This document shows, piece after piece, positions 1-11,750 of a DNA stretch of 64,000 nucleotides. The stretch covers positions 1 through 64,000 of the forward strand of contig CAWVRN010000006.1 in the NCBI GenBank assembly GCA_963932905.1, given 5' to 3'. The translations under genes and the position numbers were made by a program. The DNA comes from an uncultured Bdellovibrio sp. (lineage in GTDB: Bacteria > Bdellovibrionota > Bdellovibrionia > Bdellovibrionales > Bdellovibrionaceae). Position 1 is the stretch's first letter. Each line of letters starts with the position of its first letter. The notes under the pieces are model-generated. The model searched no databases. It worked only from the letters and a program-made list of their open reading frames with translations, and was not told where the DNA came from.

Positions 1-1057
<1,057 letters not shown>

Positions 1058-1111
1058 AAATTTTTTGAGCTAATTTTAAAGCTATATATTTTATTTCTGC
1101 TAGCTATTTAG

Positions 1112-1161
1112 TTTTCAAAGAGCGATTTCGACGTTCTATATATTCAGTGTTTTGCTGTCAA
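1112..1161 (-). promoter_or_regulatory. rrn promoter (TTGACA-N17-TAGAAC) followed by boxA GCTCTTTGAAAA
   Basis: -35 at 1161-1156, -10 at 1138-1133, boxA at 1123-1112. Confidence 0.8.
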
Positions 1162-1274
1162 CACTTTTTATTTAACTTATTAAAATTTCTTTTTTTAAGT
1201 TAAACTCACAAATTTTAACTTCTCTTATACAGAGGAGTCTTTTCTCCAAACATCCTAATATATAAAAGGATGTT

Positions 1275-1350
<76 letters not shown>

Positions 1351-1369
1351 GAAATTTGTGTGAGACAGA

Positions 1370-1398
1370 GGTGTATAAAATCCTGGGGGGTTCGTCAA
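1370..1398 (-). promoter_or_regulatory. Putative sigma70 promoter of tRNA-Ala (TTGACG-N17-TACACC)
   Basis: Consensus-like -35 with 17-nt spacer, downstream of the rplQ terminator. Confidence 0.55.
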
Positions 1399-1453
1399 AC
1401 AAAAAAATGTAACTTTCTTTATTTTTTTAAACCTGCAAAAACCTATAAAAGCC

Positions 1454-1481
1454 AAAAAAAAGCCACCCGAAGGTGGCTTTT
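1454..1481 (-). terminator. Intrinsic terminator after rplQ
   Basis: AGCCACC-CGAA-GGTGGCT hairpin flanked by A and T tracts. Confidence 0.85.
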
Positions 1482-1509
1482 AGAAATACAGTACCTATAT
1501 ATGTAAAAA

Positions 1510-1863
1510 CTATAATACCTGGATAAACGCCATTGGTGAATTATCACCTTTGCGATTTGGCATTTTGATTACTGAAGTGTAACCGCTAGTTCTTGATTTC
1601 AAAGCGGGAGCGATTTCGAAATATAATTTCTTCGCAGCATCTTTGTTGCTCAAGCGAGCCATTAAAAGTCTAAGAGAATTTAAATTTTGTTTTTTTGCTA
1701 AAGTGACTGCTTTATCAAAATGTCTTTTTAATTCTTTCGCTTTTGTTTCAGTTGTAACAATCTTTTGATTTTCAATTAAGTTTACTAAAAGACCCTTGAT
1801 CAACATTTTGCGAGGACCATTTCTTCTAGAAAATCTTTTTGTTAATTTAGCATGAGAACTCAT
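1510..1863 (-). CDS. rplQ: 50S ribosomal protein bL17 (divergent N-terminus)
   Basis: IVTTETKAKEL, SGYTSVIK, RKGDNSPMAFI motifs; follows rpoA. Confidence 0.96.
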   Translation of the reverse strand: MSSHAKLTKRFSRRNGPRKMLIKGLLVNLIENQKIVTTETKAKELKRHFDKAVTLAKKQNLNSLRLLMARLSNKDAAKKLYFEIAPALKSRTSGYTSVIKMPNRKGDNSPMAFIQVL

Positions 1864-1882
1864 ATTAAAACCCTTACTTTAC

Positions 1883-2911
1883 TTATTGCTGATCGCGTTT
1901 AAAGTTACCACTTGTTGGATCCCATCCCGGAGGTGGCCATCCATCAATTTTCATTCCTAAGCCAAGACCCATTTCAGTCAGGATTTCCTTAATTTCATTC
2001 AAAGATTTTCTACCGAAATTTTTTGTCTTAAGCATTTCCGCTTCTGACTTAACAACTAGTTCACCGATGAATCTGATGTTTGCGTTTTTCAAGCAATTTG
2101 CAGATCGAACCGATAATTCCAGATCGTCAACTGAACGGAATAAATTATCATTTAATTGAGGAGAGAAACTATCTAGTTTTTCTTCTTTTGGCTCTAATGA
2201 ATCGTCGAAAATCATGAACACTTGTAATTGATCTTTCATGATTTTTGAAGATAACGATAAAGCTTCTTCTGGACGAATTGATCCATCGGTCCAAACTTCC
2301 ATAATTAAACTATCGTAGTCAGTGCGTTGACCAACACGCGCATTTTGTACGCTGTAGTTTACTTTTTTGATTGGGCTGAAAAGAGAATCAACTGGAATAA
2401 ATCCAACTGGGAAAGATTCTGTCTTTGCATCCGCCGGAACATAACCACGTCCGTAACCAACGATAATTTCCATATTGAAATTTCCGTTTGGCCCAAGAGT
2501 CGCGATATGTGAATCCGGATTCAAAATTTGAATTTTGTCATTAGTTTGAATGTCCATTGCCGTAACTTTTCCCGGACCTTTTTTAGATACGCGAAGAACT
2601 ACATTTTCACTTGTGAACATTTTAAATCTGATTTCTTTTAAATTTAAAATAATATCAGAAACGTCTTCTAAAACATCTGGAATGGAAGAGAATTCATGAA
2701 GAACGCCTTCAAATTTTACAGCAGTAATCGAAGAACCCATCATAGAGCTAAGTAAAATTCTTCTTAAAGAATTTCCAATAGTAACTCCATAACCTTTTTC
2801 AAGAGGTCTAATTGTAAACTTCGCATAGTCTTCACGTGAAGATTCACGATCAGTATCGAAATTTTTCGGCTTAATTAACTCTCTCCAAAATTTATAATAG
2901 TGCTCTTGCAT
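1883..2911 (-). CDS. rpoA: RNA polymerase alpha subunit
   Basis: [41 protein letters not shown]; start moved to SD-led ATG (MQEHYY). Confidence 0.99.
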   Translation of the reverse strand: MQEHYYKFWRELIKPKNFDTDRESSREDYAKFTIRPLEKGYGVTIGNSLRRILLSSMMGSSITAVKFEGVLHEFSSIPDVLEDVSDIILNLKEIRFKMFTSENVVLRVSKKGPGKVTAMDIQTNDKIQILNPDSHIATLGPNGNFNMEIIVGYGRGYVPADAKTESFPVGFIPVDSLFSPIKKVNYSVQNARVGQRTDYDSLIMEVWTDGSIRPEEALSLSSKIMKDQLQVFMIFDDSLEPKEEKLDSFSPQLNDNLFRSVDDLELSVRSANCLKNANIRFIGELVVKSEAEMLKTKNFGRKSLNEIKEILTEMGLGLGMKIDGWPPPGWDPTSGNFKRDQQ

Positions 2912-2921
2912 TTCCCCTACC

Positions 2922-3542
2922 TTATCTTGAGTAGTATTCAACGATCATGTTTTCTTCAACTGGCAACGTAATATCTTCTCTAACTGGAGCATCTTTAACT
3001 TTTCCAGTTAATTTTTCAATAGAAGATTCTAACCATGCAGGAACAGTTCTTGATCCTGTAGCCATAGTTTTGAAAAACTCAGTTCCAGCACTTGCATCAG
3101 TAACTTTAACTACATCTTCTTTTTTCAAGATCATGCTAGGAACGTTTACGATTTTGCCATTCACAGTAAAATGTTTGTGAAGAACTAATTGTCTAGCTTG
3201 ACGACGCGAGTTAGCAAGTCCCATGTTGTAAACAACATTATCTAAACGCATTTCTAATAGTTTTAGTAATTCAGTTCCAGTCGTAGCATCTGCGCGAGAC
3301 GCTTTATCGAAAGTTAAACCGAATTGTTTTTCAGATAGACCGTACCAACGCTTCGCTTTTTGTTTCTCACGTAATTGCAATGCAAATTCAGAGAATTTCA
3401 AGCGAGATTGGCCGTGTTGTCCCGGAGGATAAGGGCGTCTTTCGAAAGCACATTTATCTGTTAAGCAACGGCTACCTTTTAGGTATAGTTTTAAGTTTTC
3501 TCTTCTGCAAAGTTTGCAAACGCTGTTTACTACGCAACTCAT
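2922..3542 (-). CDS. rpsD: 30S ribosomal protein uS4 (Cys-containing form)
   Basis: [30 protein letters not shown]; start moved to ATG at 3542 after GGAG. Confidence 0.98.
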   Translation of the reverse strand: MSCVVNSVCKLCRRENLKLYLKGSRCLTDKCAFERRPYPPGQHGQSRLKFSEFALQLREKQKAKRWYGLSEKQFGLTFDKASRADATTGTELLKLLEMRLDNVVYNMGLANSRRQARQLVLHKHFTVNGKIVNVPSMILKKEDVVKVTDASAGTEFFKTMATGSRTVPAWLESSIEKLTGKVKDAPVREDITLPVEENMIVEYYSR

Positions 3543-3553
3543 ATCAATAACTC

Positions 3554-3946
3554 CTAGATTCTTCTTCTTTTTGGCGGACGGCAACCGTTATGTGGGATTG
3601 GAGTGATGTCCTTAAGAGTAAGGATTTTCAAACCAGTTCCAGCTAAGGCACGGATAGCAGGCTCGCGACCGGCCCCTGGGCCCTTTAAGAAAACTTCAAC
3701 AGTTTTCATTCCCGCTTCGATTGCTTTTTTAGCTGCATCTTCGGCAGTTACTTGAGCTGCGAAAGGAGTTCCCTTTCTGCTGCCTTTGAAACCTAAATGT
3801 CCAGCTGATGACCAAGAAACAGTATCACCACGTAAATCCGTGATTGTTACAATAACGTTACCAAAAGCAGCCTGTACAAAGCACATTCCGTTTGGAGCAT
3901 TTTTCTTAGTTTTTTTCTTAACTACTTTTTTCTCAACTACGTTCAT
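3554..3946 (-). CDS. rpsK: 30S ribosomal protein uS11
   Basis: [31 protein letters not shown]. Confidence 0.99.
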   Translation of the reverse strand: MNVVEKKVVKKKTKKNAPNGMCFVQAAFGNVIVTITDLRGDTVSWSSAGHLGFKGSRKGTPFAAQVTAEDAAKKAIEAGMKTVEVFLKGPGAGREPAIRALAGTGLKILTLKDITPIPHNGCRPPKRRRI

Positions 3947-3953
3947 TTTTTAC

Positions 3954-4328
3954 CTACACTGCTTTTTTCTTGTTCGCGACAGTTTTCTTAGGACCTTTTC
4001 TAGTACGTGCATTAGAACGAGTGTTCTGACCACGAACTGGAAGACCTTTTTTATGGCGCATACCACGGTAACAGTTAAGATCAGTTAAACGCTTGATCGA
4101 AAGACCAATTTCACGTCTTAAATCACCTTCTACTTTGAAACCAGCTTCAACTAGTGAACGGATTTTTGCTACGTTCTCGTCAGTTAAACCTTCAGTTCTT
4201 AGAGTTGGGCTGATACCTGCTTCTTCGCAGATTTCTTTTGATCGCGTGCGACCAATTCCATAAATATAAGTCAGAGCTACTTCTACGCGTTTGTTTCGAG
4301 GTAAGTCGACACCAAATAACCTTGCCAT
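3954..4328 (-). CDS. rpsM: 30S ribosomal protein uS13
   Basis: [27 protein letters not shown]. Confidence 0.99.
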   Translation of the reverse strand: MARLFGVDLPRNKRVEVALTYIYGIGRTRSKEICEEAGISPTLRTEGLTDENVAKIRSLVEAGFKVEGDLRREIGLSIKRLTDLNCYRGMRHKKGLPVRGQNTRSNARTRKGPKKTVANKKKAV

Positions 4329-4332
4329 TTAA

Positions 4333-4446
4333 TTACCCTTGCCTTTGCTTGTGTTTAGAGTTTGAACAAATAACTCGGACAACACCTTTTCTTTTAATGA
4401 TCTTGCACTTGTTACAAATTTTTTTTACTGATGGTTTAACTTTCAT
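4333..4446 (-). CDS. rpmJ: 50S ribosomal protein bL36 (Zn-ribbon form; below the ORF-track cutoff)
   Basis: Manual translation [37 protein letters not shown]. Confidence 0.98.
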   Translation of the reverse strand: MKVKPSVKKICNKCKIIKRKGVVRVICSNSKHKQRQG

Positions 4447-4485
4447 ATCGTTCCTATTAATTATTAATTGTAAAAAAGTCTATAT

Positions 4486-5805
4486 CTAATTAAAGCTGAC
4501 CCTGCGAGAGGTAATTTTTTTACCCTTCAGGAAGCCTTCGTACTTCTGAGTTAAAATATACGAGTTGATCTGCTGAGCTGTATCAAGCGCTACACCCACC
4601 AAAATCAGAAGCGATGTTCCGCCGAAGTAAAACGGCAGATTTAACTGAGATGTTAATAAACCAGGCATAATACAGATGAAGCTCAAATATACACAACCTA
4701 GTACGTTAATTTTGTTTAAAACTTCCTGAATATAAGCAGACGTCGAGCTACCAGAGCGAACTCCGGGAACAAAAGCTCCTGTTTTCTTCAGGTTGTCAGA
4801 AATCTCATTTGGGTTGAAAATAATATCTGTATAGAAGAATGAAAAGAATACAATCAACAACACAAAGATAATATTAAAGAACACACCATTTGGATTCAAA
4901 GTCTCTTGTATTGAACGTAACCACGCGATTTGAGAAAATTGAGCAACAGTCGCTGGAAACATCAAAATTGAACTCGCAAAAATCGGAGGGATAACACCCG
5001 CATAATTGATTTTAATCGGCAGATGAGATGTCACTGGACGATTATTCTGACCCGAATTTCGTTGAGAATAATTAATAGTTAAACGACGTTGAGCTGTCTC
5101 CATAAAGATAACAAACCCAATAACCGCCACCATTAACAACAAAAGCAATAAAACCTTAATAAACGAAATTTCACCTTTATCAAAAAGTGCCCACAACTGC
5201 TGCGCTCCGTTCGGAACTCCAGCTGCGATACCTGTAAAGATAATCAAAGAAGAACCGTTACCGATACCTCTTTCTGTAATCTGCTCACCCAGCCACATAA
5301 TGAAGCAAGTACCAGCTGTTAGCGTTAAAACCGCTACTAATTCAAACGGCAATACCCCAACAAATGGAGAGCTTACTAACATTTGGCCATCAGTTCCCCG
5401 CTGGCTCAACAAGAACTTGCTCATACCGAAACCTTGAATGATCGCAAGAACTAGTGTGAAGTAACGAGTGTACTGAGTGATTTTTTTACGTCCTGGTTCA
5501 CCTTCTTTTTTCAACTGTTCCAACTGCGGTAGAGCTGAGCTCAACAACTGGAAAATAATTGAAGACGAAATGTAAGGCATGATTCCCAATGCAAAAATAC
5601 TGAATTGAGAAAGCGCGCCGCCAGTGAATGAGTTGAAAAAGCTTAGTATCCCAGTCGCATTACTGTTGAACAGGTCCATAACCGCTTTAGAATTCACTCC
5701 AGGAGTTGGAACGTGAACACCCACTCTATAAATAGATAGAGCTACTAAAGTAAATAATATCTTCTTCCGTAAATCGCTATTATTAAGCATTCCAACTACT
5801 GACAC
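4486..5805 (-). CDS. secY: Preprotein translocase SecY
   Basis: SIFALGIMPYISSSII, WLGEQITERGIGNG, GGTSLLILVGV. Confidence 0.99.
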   Translation of the reverse strand: MSVVGMLNNSDLRKKILFTLVALSIYRVGVHVPTPGVNSKAVMDLFNSNATGILSFFNSFTGGALSQFSIFALGIMPYISSSIIFQLLSSALPQLEQLKKEGEPGRKKITQYTRYFTLVLAIIQGFGMSKFLLSQRGTDGQMLVSSPFVGVLPFELVAVLTLTAGTCFIMWLGEQITERGIGNGSSLIIFTGIAAGVPNGAQQLWALFDKGEISFIKVLLLLLLMVAVIGFVIFMETAQRRLTINYSQRNSGQNNRPVTSHLPIKINYAGVIPPIFASSILMFPATVAQFSQIAWLRSIQETLNPNGVFFNIIFVLLIVFFSFFYTDIIFNPNEISDNLKKTGAFVPGVRSGSSTSAYIQEVLNKINVLGCVYLSFICIMPGLLTSQLNLPFYFGGTSLLILVGVALDTAQQINSYILTQKYEGFLKGKKITSRRVSFN

Positions 5806-5818
5806 AAAAATCCTTTTT

Positions 5819-6259
5819 TTAAACTAGCTTAACAGTTCCACCAAGCTTTTCGATAACCGCTTTAGCTTGGGCTGTGATTTTGTTAACTTCAATGTTTACT
5901 TTTTTCTCAAGCTTACCAGTATTGATCACTTTAAAAGGTCCTCCTTTAAAGTGTTTTTCTAAATCAGCGATAGTTGCACTACCAGATAATTGATTTAGAT
6001 CTTTCATAGTAAGAACATTGTATACCGTTTTGAATTTGGCATTTGTAAAACCAAATTTTGGTAGACGTCTGTGTAGAGGAGTTTGACCACCCTCGAAACC
6101 ACGGCGAATAGATCCACCGCTACGTTGAGTTTGACCTTTACCACCCTTACCAGAGTAGCCACCTAATCCAGAACCAATACCGCGACCAACTCTTTTTCTA
6201 TAGTGAGTTGATCCGTCATTTGGCTTCAAGCTGCTTAATAAATTACTTTGAGCTGCCAT
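5819..6259 (-). CDS. rplO: 50S ribosomal protein uL15
   Basis: RVGRGIGSG, GFEGGQTPLHRRLPKFGF. Confidence 0.99.
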   Translation of the reverse strand: MAAQSNLLSSLKPNDGSTHYRKRVGRGIGSGLGGYSGKGGKGQTQRSGGSIRRGFEGGQTPLHRRLPKFGFTNAKFKTVYNVLTMKDLNQLSGSATIADLEKHFKGGPFKVINTGKLEKKVNIEVNKITAQAKAVIEKLGGTVKLV

Positions 6260-6262
6260 TTT

Positions 6263-6445
6263 CTATTTCTCTTTTTTGATAGTGATTAAATGTTGTACTT
6301 TTCTAACTTGACCTCTGAAAGCTTCAGAGTCGTTAAAAGTTCTAGTATTGTTGATCTTCTTCAAGCCTAAAGCGTGAAGTGTTCTGATTTGAGTGTCAGA
6401 ACAACTGATAGAAGATCTTACTAAAGTTACTTGGTATTTATTCAT
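6263..6445 (-). CDS. rpmD: 50S ribosomal protein uL30
   Basis: VTLVRS...TLHALGLKKIN...KVQHLI; canonical position. Confidence 0.95.
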   Translation of the reverse strand: MNKYQVTLVRSSISCSDTQIRTLHALGLKKINNTRTFNDSEAFRGQVRKVQHLITIKKEK

Positions 6446-6448
6446 AAA

Positions 6449-6931
6449 TTACCCCATGCTCTTTTTCAGTTGCATCAAACCGTCGATAGTTGCGCGAACT
6501 GCATTGTGAGGATTTCTTGTTCCTACACATTTAGTTAGAATGTCTTTCACTCCAACAGACTCAAGAACTGAACGAATCGCTCCACCCGCGATAACACCAG
6601 TACCTTCAGAAGCTGGCTTAAGGATCACTTTAGCGCTGCCGAATGTTCCGATAACTTCGTGGTTGATTGTGCGTGCATCTTTAAGATCAAATTTGAAAGA
6701 ATTTTTCTTAGCAGAACGAGTTGCTTTACCGATAGCTTCTGGAACTTCGCCAGCTTTACCTGATCCGAAACCAACTTCGCCCATTTTATTTCCGACAACC
6801 ACTAGAGCTGCGAATGAGAAACGACGACCACCTTTTACAACTTTCGTTACACGGTTAATCGCAACTACTCTTTCTTCGAAATCTGATGTTGGCGCTGCTG
6901 AGTTGTTTGTGTTGTTTTTTTCCATTTGCAT
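6449..6931 (-). CDS. rpsE: 30S ribosomal protein uS5
   Basis: [21 protein letters not shown]. Confidence 0.99.
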   Translation of the reverse strand: MQMEKNNTNNSAAPTSDFEERVVAINRVTKVVKGGRRFSFAALVVVGNKMGEVGFGSGKAGEVPEAIGKATRSAKKNSFKFDLKDARTINHEVIGTFGSAKVILKPASEGTGVIAGGAIRSVLESVGVKDILTKCVGTRNPHNAVRATIDGLMQLKKSMG

Positions 6932-6936
6932 ATTCC

Positions 6937-7305
6937 TTAAAATTTAAGTCCGTTTTCTCTTGCTGCATCAGCAAAAGCTTTTACGCGTCCGTGGTAAACA
7001 AAACCGTTTCTATCGAAAACAACATCAGTGATTTTAGCAGTTTTAGCTTTTTCAGCTACTAGCTTGCCCACTTGAGTAGCCATGTCTTTAAGACTAGCTT
7101 TTTTGTCGAAATCTAAAGATGAAACGCTAAGGATTGTTTTGTGATTAACATCATCAATCAATTGAGCGTAAACATTGCTTAAAGATCTGTAAAAACAAAG
7201 ACGTGGCTTTTCAGCGCTGCCTTTAATTTTTTTACGGATTCGCACTTTTTTTGCTAAACGTGCGCCTAATCTGTCTGAGTATGATTTTTTAATAATTACT
7301 TTCAT
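6937..7305 (-). CDS. rplR: 50S ribosomal protein uL18
   Basis: [26 protein letters not shown]. Confidence 0.98.
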   Translation of the reverse strand: MKVIIKKSYSDRLGARLAKKVRIRKKIKGSAEKPRLCFYRSLSNVYAQLIDDVNHKTILSVSSLDFDKKASLKDMATQVGKLVAEKAKTAKITDVVFDRNGFVYHGRVKAFADAARENGLKF

Positions 7306-7313
7306 ATTACACC

Positions 7314-7853
7314 CTATTTACCTGCAGACTTGCCGGCTTTTCTTCTGATTGTTTCGTCAGAGTACTTAACACCTTTACCTAAATAAGGCTCTGGTGGTCT
7401 GAAGCTTCTGATTTTCGCTGCTACTTGACCAACTAGTTCTTTATTTGGACCAGTTACAGTGATTGCTGTCTGCTTATCTACTTTGATTTCAATACCTTCT
7501 GGAATTGCGAACTCGATATTGTGGCTGTAGCCCAATGAAAGTTCTAATTTTTTTCCAGAAACTGTTGCTCTATAACCAACACCGTTTAGCTCTAAGCCTT
7601 TGCTGAAGCCCTTAGTTACGCCAACTACTGCATTATAAAGAAGAGCTCTTTGTAAGCCGTAAAGTGATTTAGTTTTTTTGTCTTCGCTTTTGCTAGTTAA
7701 CACTAGCTTACCGTCTTTAACATCAGCAGTAACGCCAGCTACTTTACGGATTTTCAAAGCGTGTTTCGCACCTTTTACAGTAATAAATGTAGCATCTTTT
7801 GTGTCTACAGTTACGCCTTCGATTGCAATCGCTAATTTACCAATTCTCGACAT
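7314..7853 (-). CDS. rplF: 50S ribosomal protein uL6
   Basis: MSRIGK, GVGYRA, RPPEPYLGKGVKY. Confidence 0.99.
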   Translation of the reverse strand: MSRIGKLAIAIEGVTVDTKDATFITVKGAKHALKIRKVAGVTADVKDGKLVLTSKSEDKKTKSLYGLQRALLYNAVVGVTKGFSKGLELNGVGYRATVSGKKLELSLGYSHNIEFAIPEGIEIKVDKQTAITVTGPNKELVGQVAAKIRSFRPPEPYLGKGVKYSDETIRRKAGKSAGK

Positions 7854-7859
7854 AAAATC

Positions 7860-8249
7860 CTACCACACTTCGCAAATAACTTCGCCACCTAGGCGTTGTT
7901 GCTTTGCTTTCTTGTTAGTCATTAGACCTTGGCTAGTTGAAATGATGCTCATTCCGTATCCAGATCTTACGTTTTTTAAATCATCACATTTTAAATAAAT
8001 GCGGCGACCAGGCTTACTTACACGTTGTAAATTTAAAAGCTTTGGAGTGCCATCTTCATTATACTTAATGTAAAGACGCATAATTCCTTGCTTAGAATCT
8101 TTAGCTACTTTGAAAGATTTTAAATAACCTTCTTGAGTTAAGATATCTGCAATTGATTTTCTTAGGTTTGAAGCTGGAACGTCTACTTTTTCAAGTCGAG
8201 CCATTCCTGCGTTTCTAATATTTGTTAAAAATTGTCCAATTGTATCCAT
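7860..8249 (-). CDS. rpsH: 30S ribosomal protein uS8
   Basis: FLTNIRNA, SKPGRRIY, IISTSQG, GGEVICEVW. Confidence 0.99.
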   Translation of the reverse strand: MDTIGQFLTNIRNAGMARLEKVDVPASNLRKSIADILTQEGYLKSFKVAKDSKQGIMRLYIKYNEDGTPKLLNLQRVSKPGRRIYLKCDDLKNVRSGYGMSIISTSQGLMTNKKAKQQRLGGEVICEVW

Positions 8250-8255
8250 AATCCC

Positions 8256-8561
8256 CTACCAACTTGCCTTAGTAACGCCCGGAATTCTGCCTTCAAGTGC
8301 TAGCTTTCTGAAAGCTAAACGTGAAAGACCAAACTTTCTATAGTTACCGCGAGCACGACCAGTTAGCTCGCAAATAAGTTTATTTCTGCTCATTGAAGAG
8401 TTTCTTGGCAATTTGTTTAATTTCAAACGATATTCCATGCGCTCTTCCAAGCTCAATTTCATATCTACTGATTTCGCTTTAAGCTCTTCACGTACCTTAT
8501 GGTAACGGTTAGCTTTATCTTTTTTCTTATTGTTTTTTACTACTGAAGATAATTTAGCCAT
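8256..8561 (-). CDS. rpsN: 30S ribosomal protein uS14, long (101 aa) form without Zn-ribbon
   Basis: LPRNSS...[27 protein letters not shown]. Confidence 0.98.
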   Translation of the reverse strand: MAKLSSVVKNNKKKDKANRYHKVREELKAKSVDMKLSLEERMEYRLKLNKLPRNSSMSRNKLICELTGRARGNYRKFGLSRLAFRKLALEGRIPGVTKASW

Positions 8562-8567
8562 ACATCC

Positions 8568-9113
8568 CTACTTTCTAAAAGGTACACCAAGCGCTTCTAG
8601 AAGAGCTCTTCCTTGTACGTCATTCTTTGCTGTTGTGCAAATTGTTATATTCATACCACGAACTTTATCGATTTTATCGTAGTTGATTTCTGGAAACACG
8701 ATTTGCTCTTTCAAGCCCATGTTGTAGTTTCCGTTTCCATCAAAACCTTTTGAAGGAAGACCACGAAAGTCACGTACGCGAGGTAAAGCAAGAGTGTTTA
8801 AACGATCAAGGAATGACCACATTCTTTCTTTTCTTAGAGTTACGCGAACACCGATAGTTAAACCAGCTCTTAGTTTGAAGTTAGAGATCGCTTTTTTAGA
8901 TTTAGTCATTACTGCTTTTTGACCAGCAATAGCCGTGATTTCGTCTACTACTGTGTTCAAAATTTTAGGATTCTGAACCGCGTCTTTAGTAGTCACGCTG
9001 ATAATGATTTTTTCAAGTCTTGGAACTTCCATTGTGTTTTCAAGCTTTAAGCTTTTAGTCAATTCACCTTGGATTTTATCGTGGTAGAGTTTTTTTAATC
9101 TGTTCATATTCAT
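8568..9113 (-). CDS. rplE: 50S ribosomal protein uL5
   Basis: ALPRVRDFRG, FDGNGNY, EQIVFPEI. Confidence 0.99.
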   Translation of the reverse strand: MNMNRLKKLYHDKIQGELTKSLKLENTMEVPRLEKIIISVTTKDAVQNPKILNTVVDEITAIAGQKAVMTKSKKAISNFKLRAGLTIGVRVTLRKERMWSFLDRLNTLALPRVRDFRGLPSKGFDGNGNYNMGLKEQIVFPEINYDKIDKVRGMNITICTTAKNDVQGRALLEALGVPFRK

Positions 9114-9116
9114 TCC

Positions 9117-9485
9117 CTATAAAACTTCTGGTGCCAATGACACGATTTTAACGAATGCTTTTGCACGCAATTCTCTGGCTACTGGACCAAAAATACGAGT
9201 TCCGATTGGCTCTTTAGCTTGATTGATTAGAACAGCAGAGTTTTCGTCGAACTTGATGTATGAACCATCGGCTCTTCTGATTTTCTTTTTTGTTCTAACA
9301 ACAACGGCTTTAGCCACGTCGCCTTTTTTTACTTTTGATGTTGGCGTTGCATCTTTGATAGATACAACGATTACGTCACCAACAGACGCAAAACGTCTTT
9401 TGGATCCGCCTAGCACCTTTACACACATAACTTCTTTAGCACCGGAATTATCTGCGACTGTGAGTCTGGTTTGCATTTGAATCAT
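9117..9485 (-). CDS. rplN: 50S ribosomal protein uL14
   Basis: [27 protein letters not shown]. Confidence 0.99.
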   Translation of the reverse strand: MIQMQTRLTVADNSGAKEVMCVKVLGGSKRRFASVGDVIVVSIKDATPTSKVKKGDVAKAVVVRTKKKIRRADGSYIKFDENSAVLINQAKEPIGTRIFGPVARELRAKAFVKIVSLAPEVL

Positions 9486-9491
9486 ATAATA

Positions 9492-9749
9492 TTACCCCAA
9501 CGTTACTTTCTTAACTAAAGTCCAACGTTTAGTTTTGCTAAGTGGACGAGATTCTTGAATAGTCACTTTTTCGCCAACTTTGCATTCTTGTTTTTCATCA
9601 TGTGCTTTAAACACAGATGATTTCTTCACGAATTTTCCGTATTTTGGATGCTTAACTAAGCGAGTAACCAAAACGCTAATTGTCTTAGCCATTTTAGTGC
9701 TTACTACTTCGCCAGTAAGTTCCATTTTCTTACTTTCTTGTTTTTGCAC
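9492..9749 (-). CDS. rpsQ: 30S ribosomal protein uS17
   Basis: [25 protein letters not shown]; start uncertain. Confidence 0.98.
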   Translation of the reverse strand: MQKQESKKMELTGEVVSTKMAKTISVLVTRLVKHPKYGKFVKKSSVFKAHDEKQECKVGEKVTIQESRPLSKTKRWTLVKKVTLG

Positions 9750-10044
9750 GAGCTGCTCCTGCTTTTTTCACTTTAGCTTTAGCTGTAGTTACTTTTTTAG
9801 CTGTTTTAGCAGGTTTTGCTGCTTTAGTCGCCTTAGTTGTAACCTCAGTGGATTTATTACCAGTAGTTGAGTTCAAAACCGTTAAAACGCGTGCAATGTC
9901 TTTTTTAAGACCACGGATTTGTAGTGGATTTGCTAACTGACCTAATTTATTCTTAACTTTAAGCTCATAAAGCTCTTCAGTTTTTTTGCTAAGGTTCTTT
10001 TTTAATTCGTCCTTAGACATGCCTTTAAATTCAGATACTTTCAT
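9730..10044 (-). CDS. rpmC: 50S ribosomal protein uL29 with ~40-aa Lys/Ala/Thr-rich C-terminal extension
   Basis: [22 protein letters not shown] core; canonical position between rplP and rpsQ. Confidence 0.95.
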   Translation of the reverse strand: MKVSEFKGMSKDELKKNLSKKTEELYELKVKNKLGQLANPLQIRGLKKDIARVLTVLNSTTGNKSTEVTTKATKAAKPAKTAKKVTTAKAKVKKAGAARAKTRK

Positions 10045-10045
10045 A

Positions 10046-10453
10046 TTAATCTCTTTGGATAAAACGTGTTTTAAATGGGAACTTGTGAGCGGCTCTTGTG
10101 AAGGCTTCTTTTGCTTGTTCAGCAGTTACACCATCTAATTCAAACAGGATACGACCTGGAAGAATCTGAGCTACCCATAATTCTGGATTACCCTTACCGC
10201 TACCCATACGAGTTTCAGCAGGTTTTTTTGTTACTGGAAGATTAGGGAACACGCGGCACCACATTTTTCCACCACGCTTAACACTTCGAGAGATCGCAAT
10301 ACGACCTGCTTCTAATTGTCTTGCAGTTAATTTAGAATGTTCAACGGCTTGAAGACCGAAATCTCCGAAATCTAGCGTTGAACCTCTGTGAGCAAGTCCA
10401 TGGCTACGGCCAATAAACTGCTTTCTCCATTTTACGCGCTTAGGACTTAACAC
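10046..10453 (-). CDS. rplP: 50S ribosomal protein uL16
   Basis: [13 protein letters not shown]; real start is the GGAGG-led GTG at 10453. Confidence 0.98.
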   Translation of the reverse strand: MLSPKRVKWRKQFIGRSHGLAHRGSTLDFGDFGLQAVEHSKLTARQLEAGRIAISRSVKRGGKMWCRVFPNLPVTKKPAETRMGSGKGNPELWVAQILPGRILFELDGVTAEQAKEAFTRAAHKFPFKTRFIQRD

Positions 10454-11105
10454 GACCAGCCTCCTGAATCTCTCTTGTAGATAGGATGTCACCTTTGTAA
10501 ATCCATACTTTAACGCCAATGATGCCGTATGAAGTCAACGCTTCCGCTGTTCCGTAATCGATATCAGCTCTTAATGTATGCAAAGGAACACTCTTCTGAT
10601 TGTACCATTCAGATCTCGCGATTTCCGCGCCATCTAAACGACCAGATACTCTAATTTTAATACCTTTAACTCCGCCTTTTACGCCAGCAGCTAAAGCTTT
10701 CTTCATCGCACGTCTCCAAGAAACACGTTTCTCTAGTTGCATGGCGATGTTTTCAGCCACTAGTTGAGAATCCAAATCTGGCTTTCTCACTTCTTGAATG
10801 TTCAAGAATACTTCGCTTTTTGTAAGCGCTTGCACTTCAGCTTTTAAAGAATCAATGCCAGTTCCTTTTTTACCGATAACGATACCAGGACGAGCAGTTT
10901 GAATGATAATTTTTAATTTTTCAGCCGCGCGCTCGATTTCGATCTTAGCCACACCTGCGTGTTTAAGCTTAGACTTCAAAAAATCTCTTAATTTAAGATC
11001 TTCATGAAGATTATCGAAGAATTTTTTTCCTTTAGCGTACCAACGAGATTCCCACGTTCTGATAACACCAACACGAAAGCCTACGGGATTAACTTTTTGT
11101 CCCAC
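10440..11105 (-). CDS. rpsC: 30S ribosomal protein uS3
   Basis: [23 protein letters not shown]. Confidence 0.99.
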   Translation of the reverse strand: MGQKVNPVGFRVGVIRTWESRWYAKGKKFFDNLHEDLKLRDFLKSKLKHAGVAKIEIERAAEKLKIIIQTARPGIVIGKKGTGIDSLKAEVQALTKSEVFLNIQEVRKPDLDSQLVAENIAMQLEKRVSWRRAMKKALAAGVKGGVKGIKIRVSGRLDGAEIARSEWYNQKSVPLHTLRADIDYGTAEALTSYGIIGVKVWIYKGDILSTREIQEAGRVKS

Positions 11106-11106
11106 T

Positions 11107-11439
11107 TTATCTCTCCTCTAAAACAACGTTCAAGTGACTAGTTTTTTTCTTAACACCGAAGGCACGACCTTGGGCTCTTGGGCGGAAACGTTTCAAACTT
11201 GGACCTTGATCAACAAACACTGTTTTCACAAATAATTTGTCTACATCCATTGTTTTCTTGAAATCAGCATTAGCTACCGCTGATTCAACTAGTTTTTTAA
11301 ATAAACCAGCTGATTTGTTATTCATAAAAGTAAGAAGTTTAATCGCATTGTCTGCTTTCTTACCGCGGATCACATCAGCAACTAAACGTGCTTTCTGTGC
11401 TCCAACTCTTGCAAATCTTAATGACGCTTTAGATTCCAT
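11107..11439 (-). CDS. rplV: 50S ribosomal protein uL22
   Basis: [26 protein letters not shown]. Confidence 0.99.
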   Translation of the reverse strand: MESKASLRFARVGAQKARLVADVIRGKKADNAIKLLTFMNNKSAGLFKKLVESAVANADFKKTMDVDKLFVKTVFVDQGPSLKRFRPRAQGRAFGVKKKTSHLNVVLEER

Positions 11440-11447
11440 CGTGCACC

Positions 11448-11741
11448 CTATTTCTTAGCAGCTGCTGCTGGAGCTGCCGCTTTCTTTTCAGCGTGGCCAT
11501 TGAAAACTCGTGTAGGAGCGAACTCCCCGAATTTGTGACCAATCATGTTTTCAGTTACGTATAAAGGAACAAACTTTTTACCGTTGTGAATCGCGAAAGT
11601 TAAGCCGATGCAATCTGGAAGGATTACAGAGCGACGCGACCAAGTTTTGATAACTTTTTTATCGTTTTTCTCAACAGCATTTTTAATTTTGCTCAATAAG
11701 TGGTGGTCTACAAAAGGACCTTTTTTTAACGATCTAGCCAT
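11448..11741 (-). CDS. rpsS: 30S ribosomal protein uS19
   Basis: [28 protein letters not shown]. Confidence 0.99.
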   Translation of the reverse strand: MARSLKKGPFVDHHLLSKIKNAVEKNDKKVIKTWSRRSVILPDCIGLTFAIHNGKKFVPLYVTENMIGHKFGEFAPTRVFNGHAEKKAAAPAAAAKK

Positions 11742-11750
11742 ATTATCTCC

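Noticed and set aside
4447..4485. adk/map/infA absent between secY and rpmJ
   Set aside because: secY-rpmJ adjacency also occurs in E. coli, and these genes are often located elsewhere.
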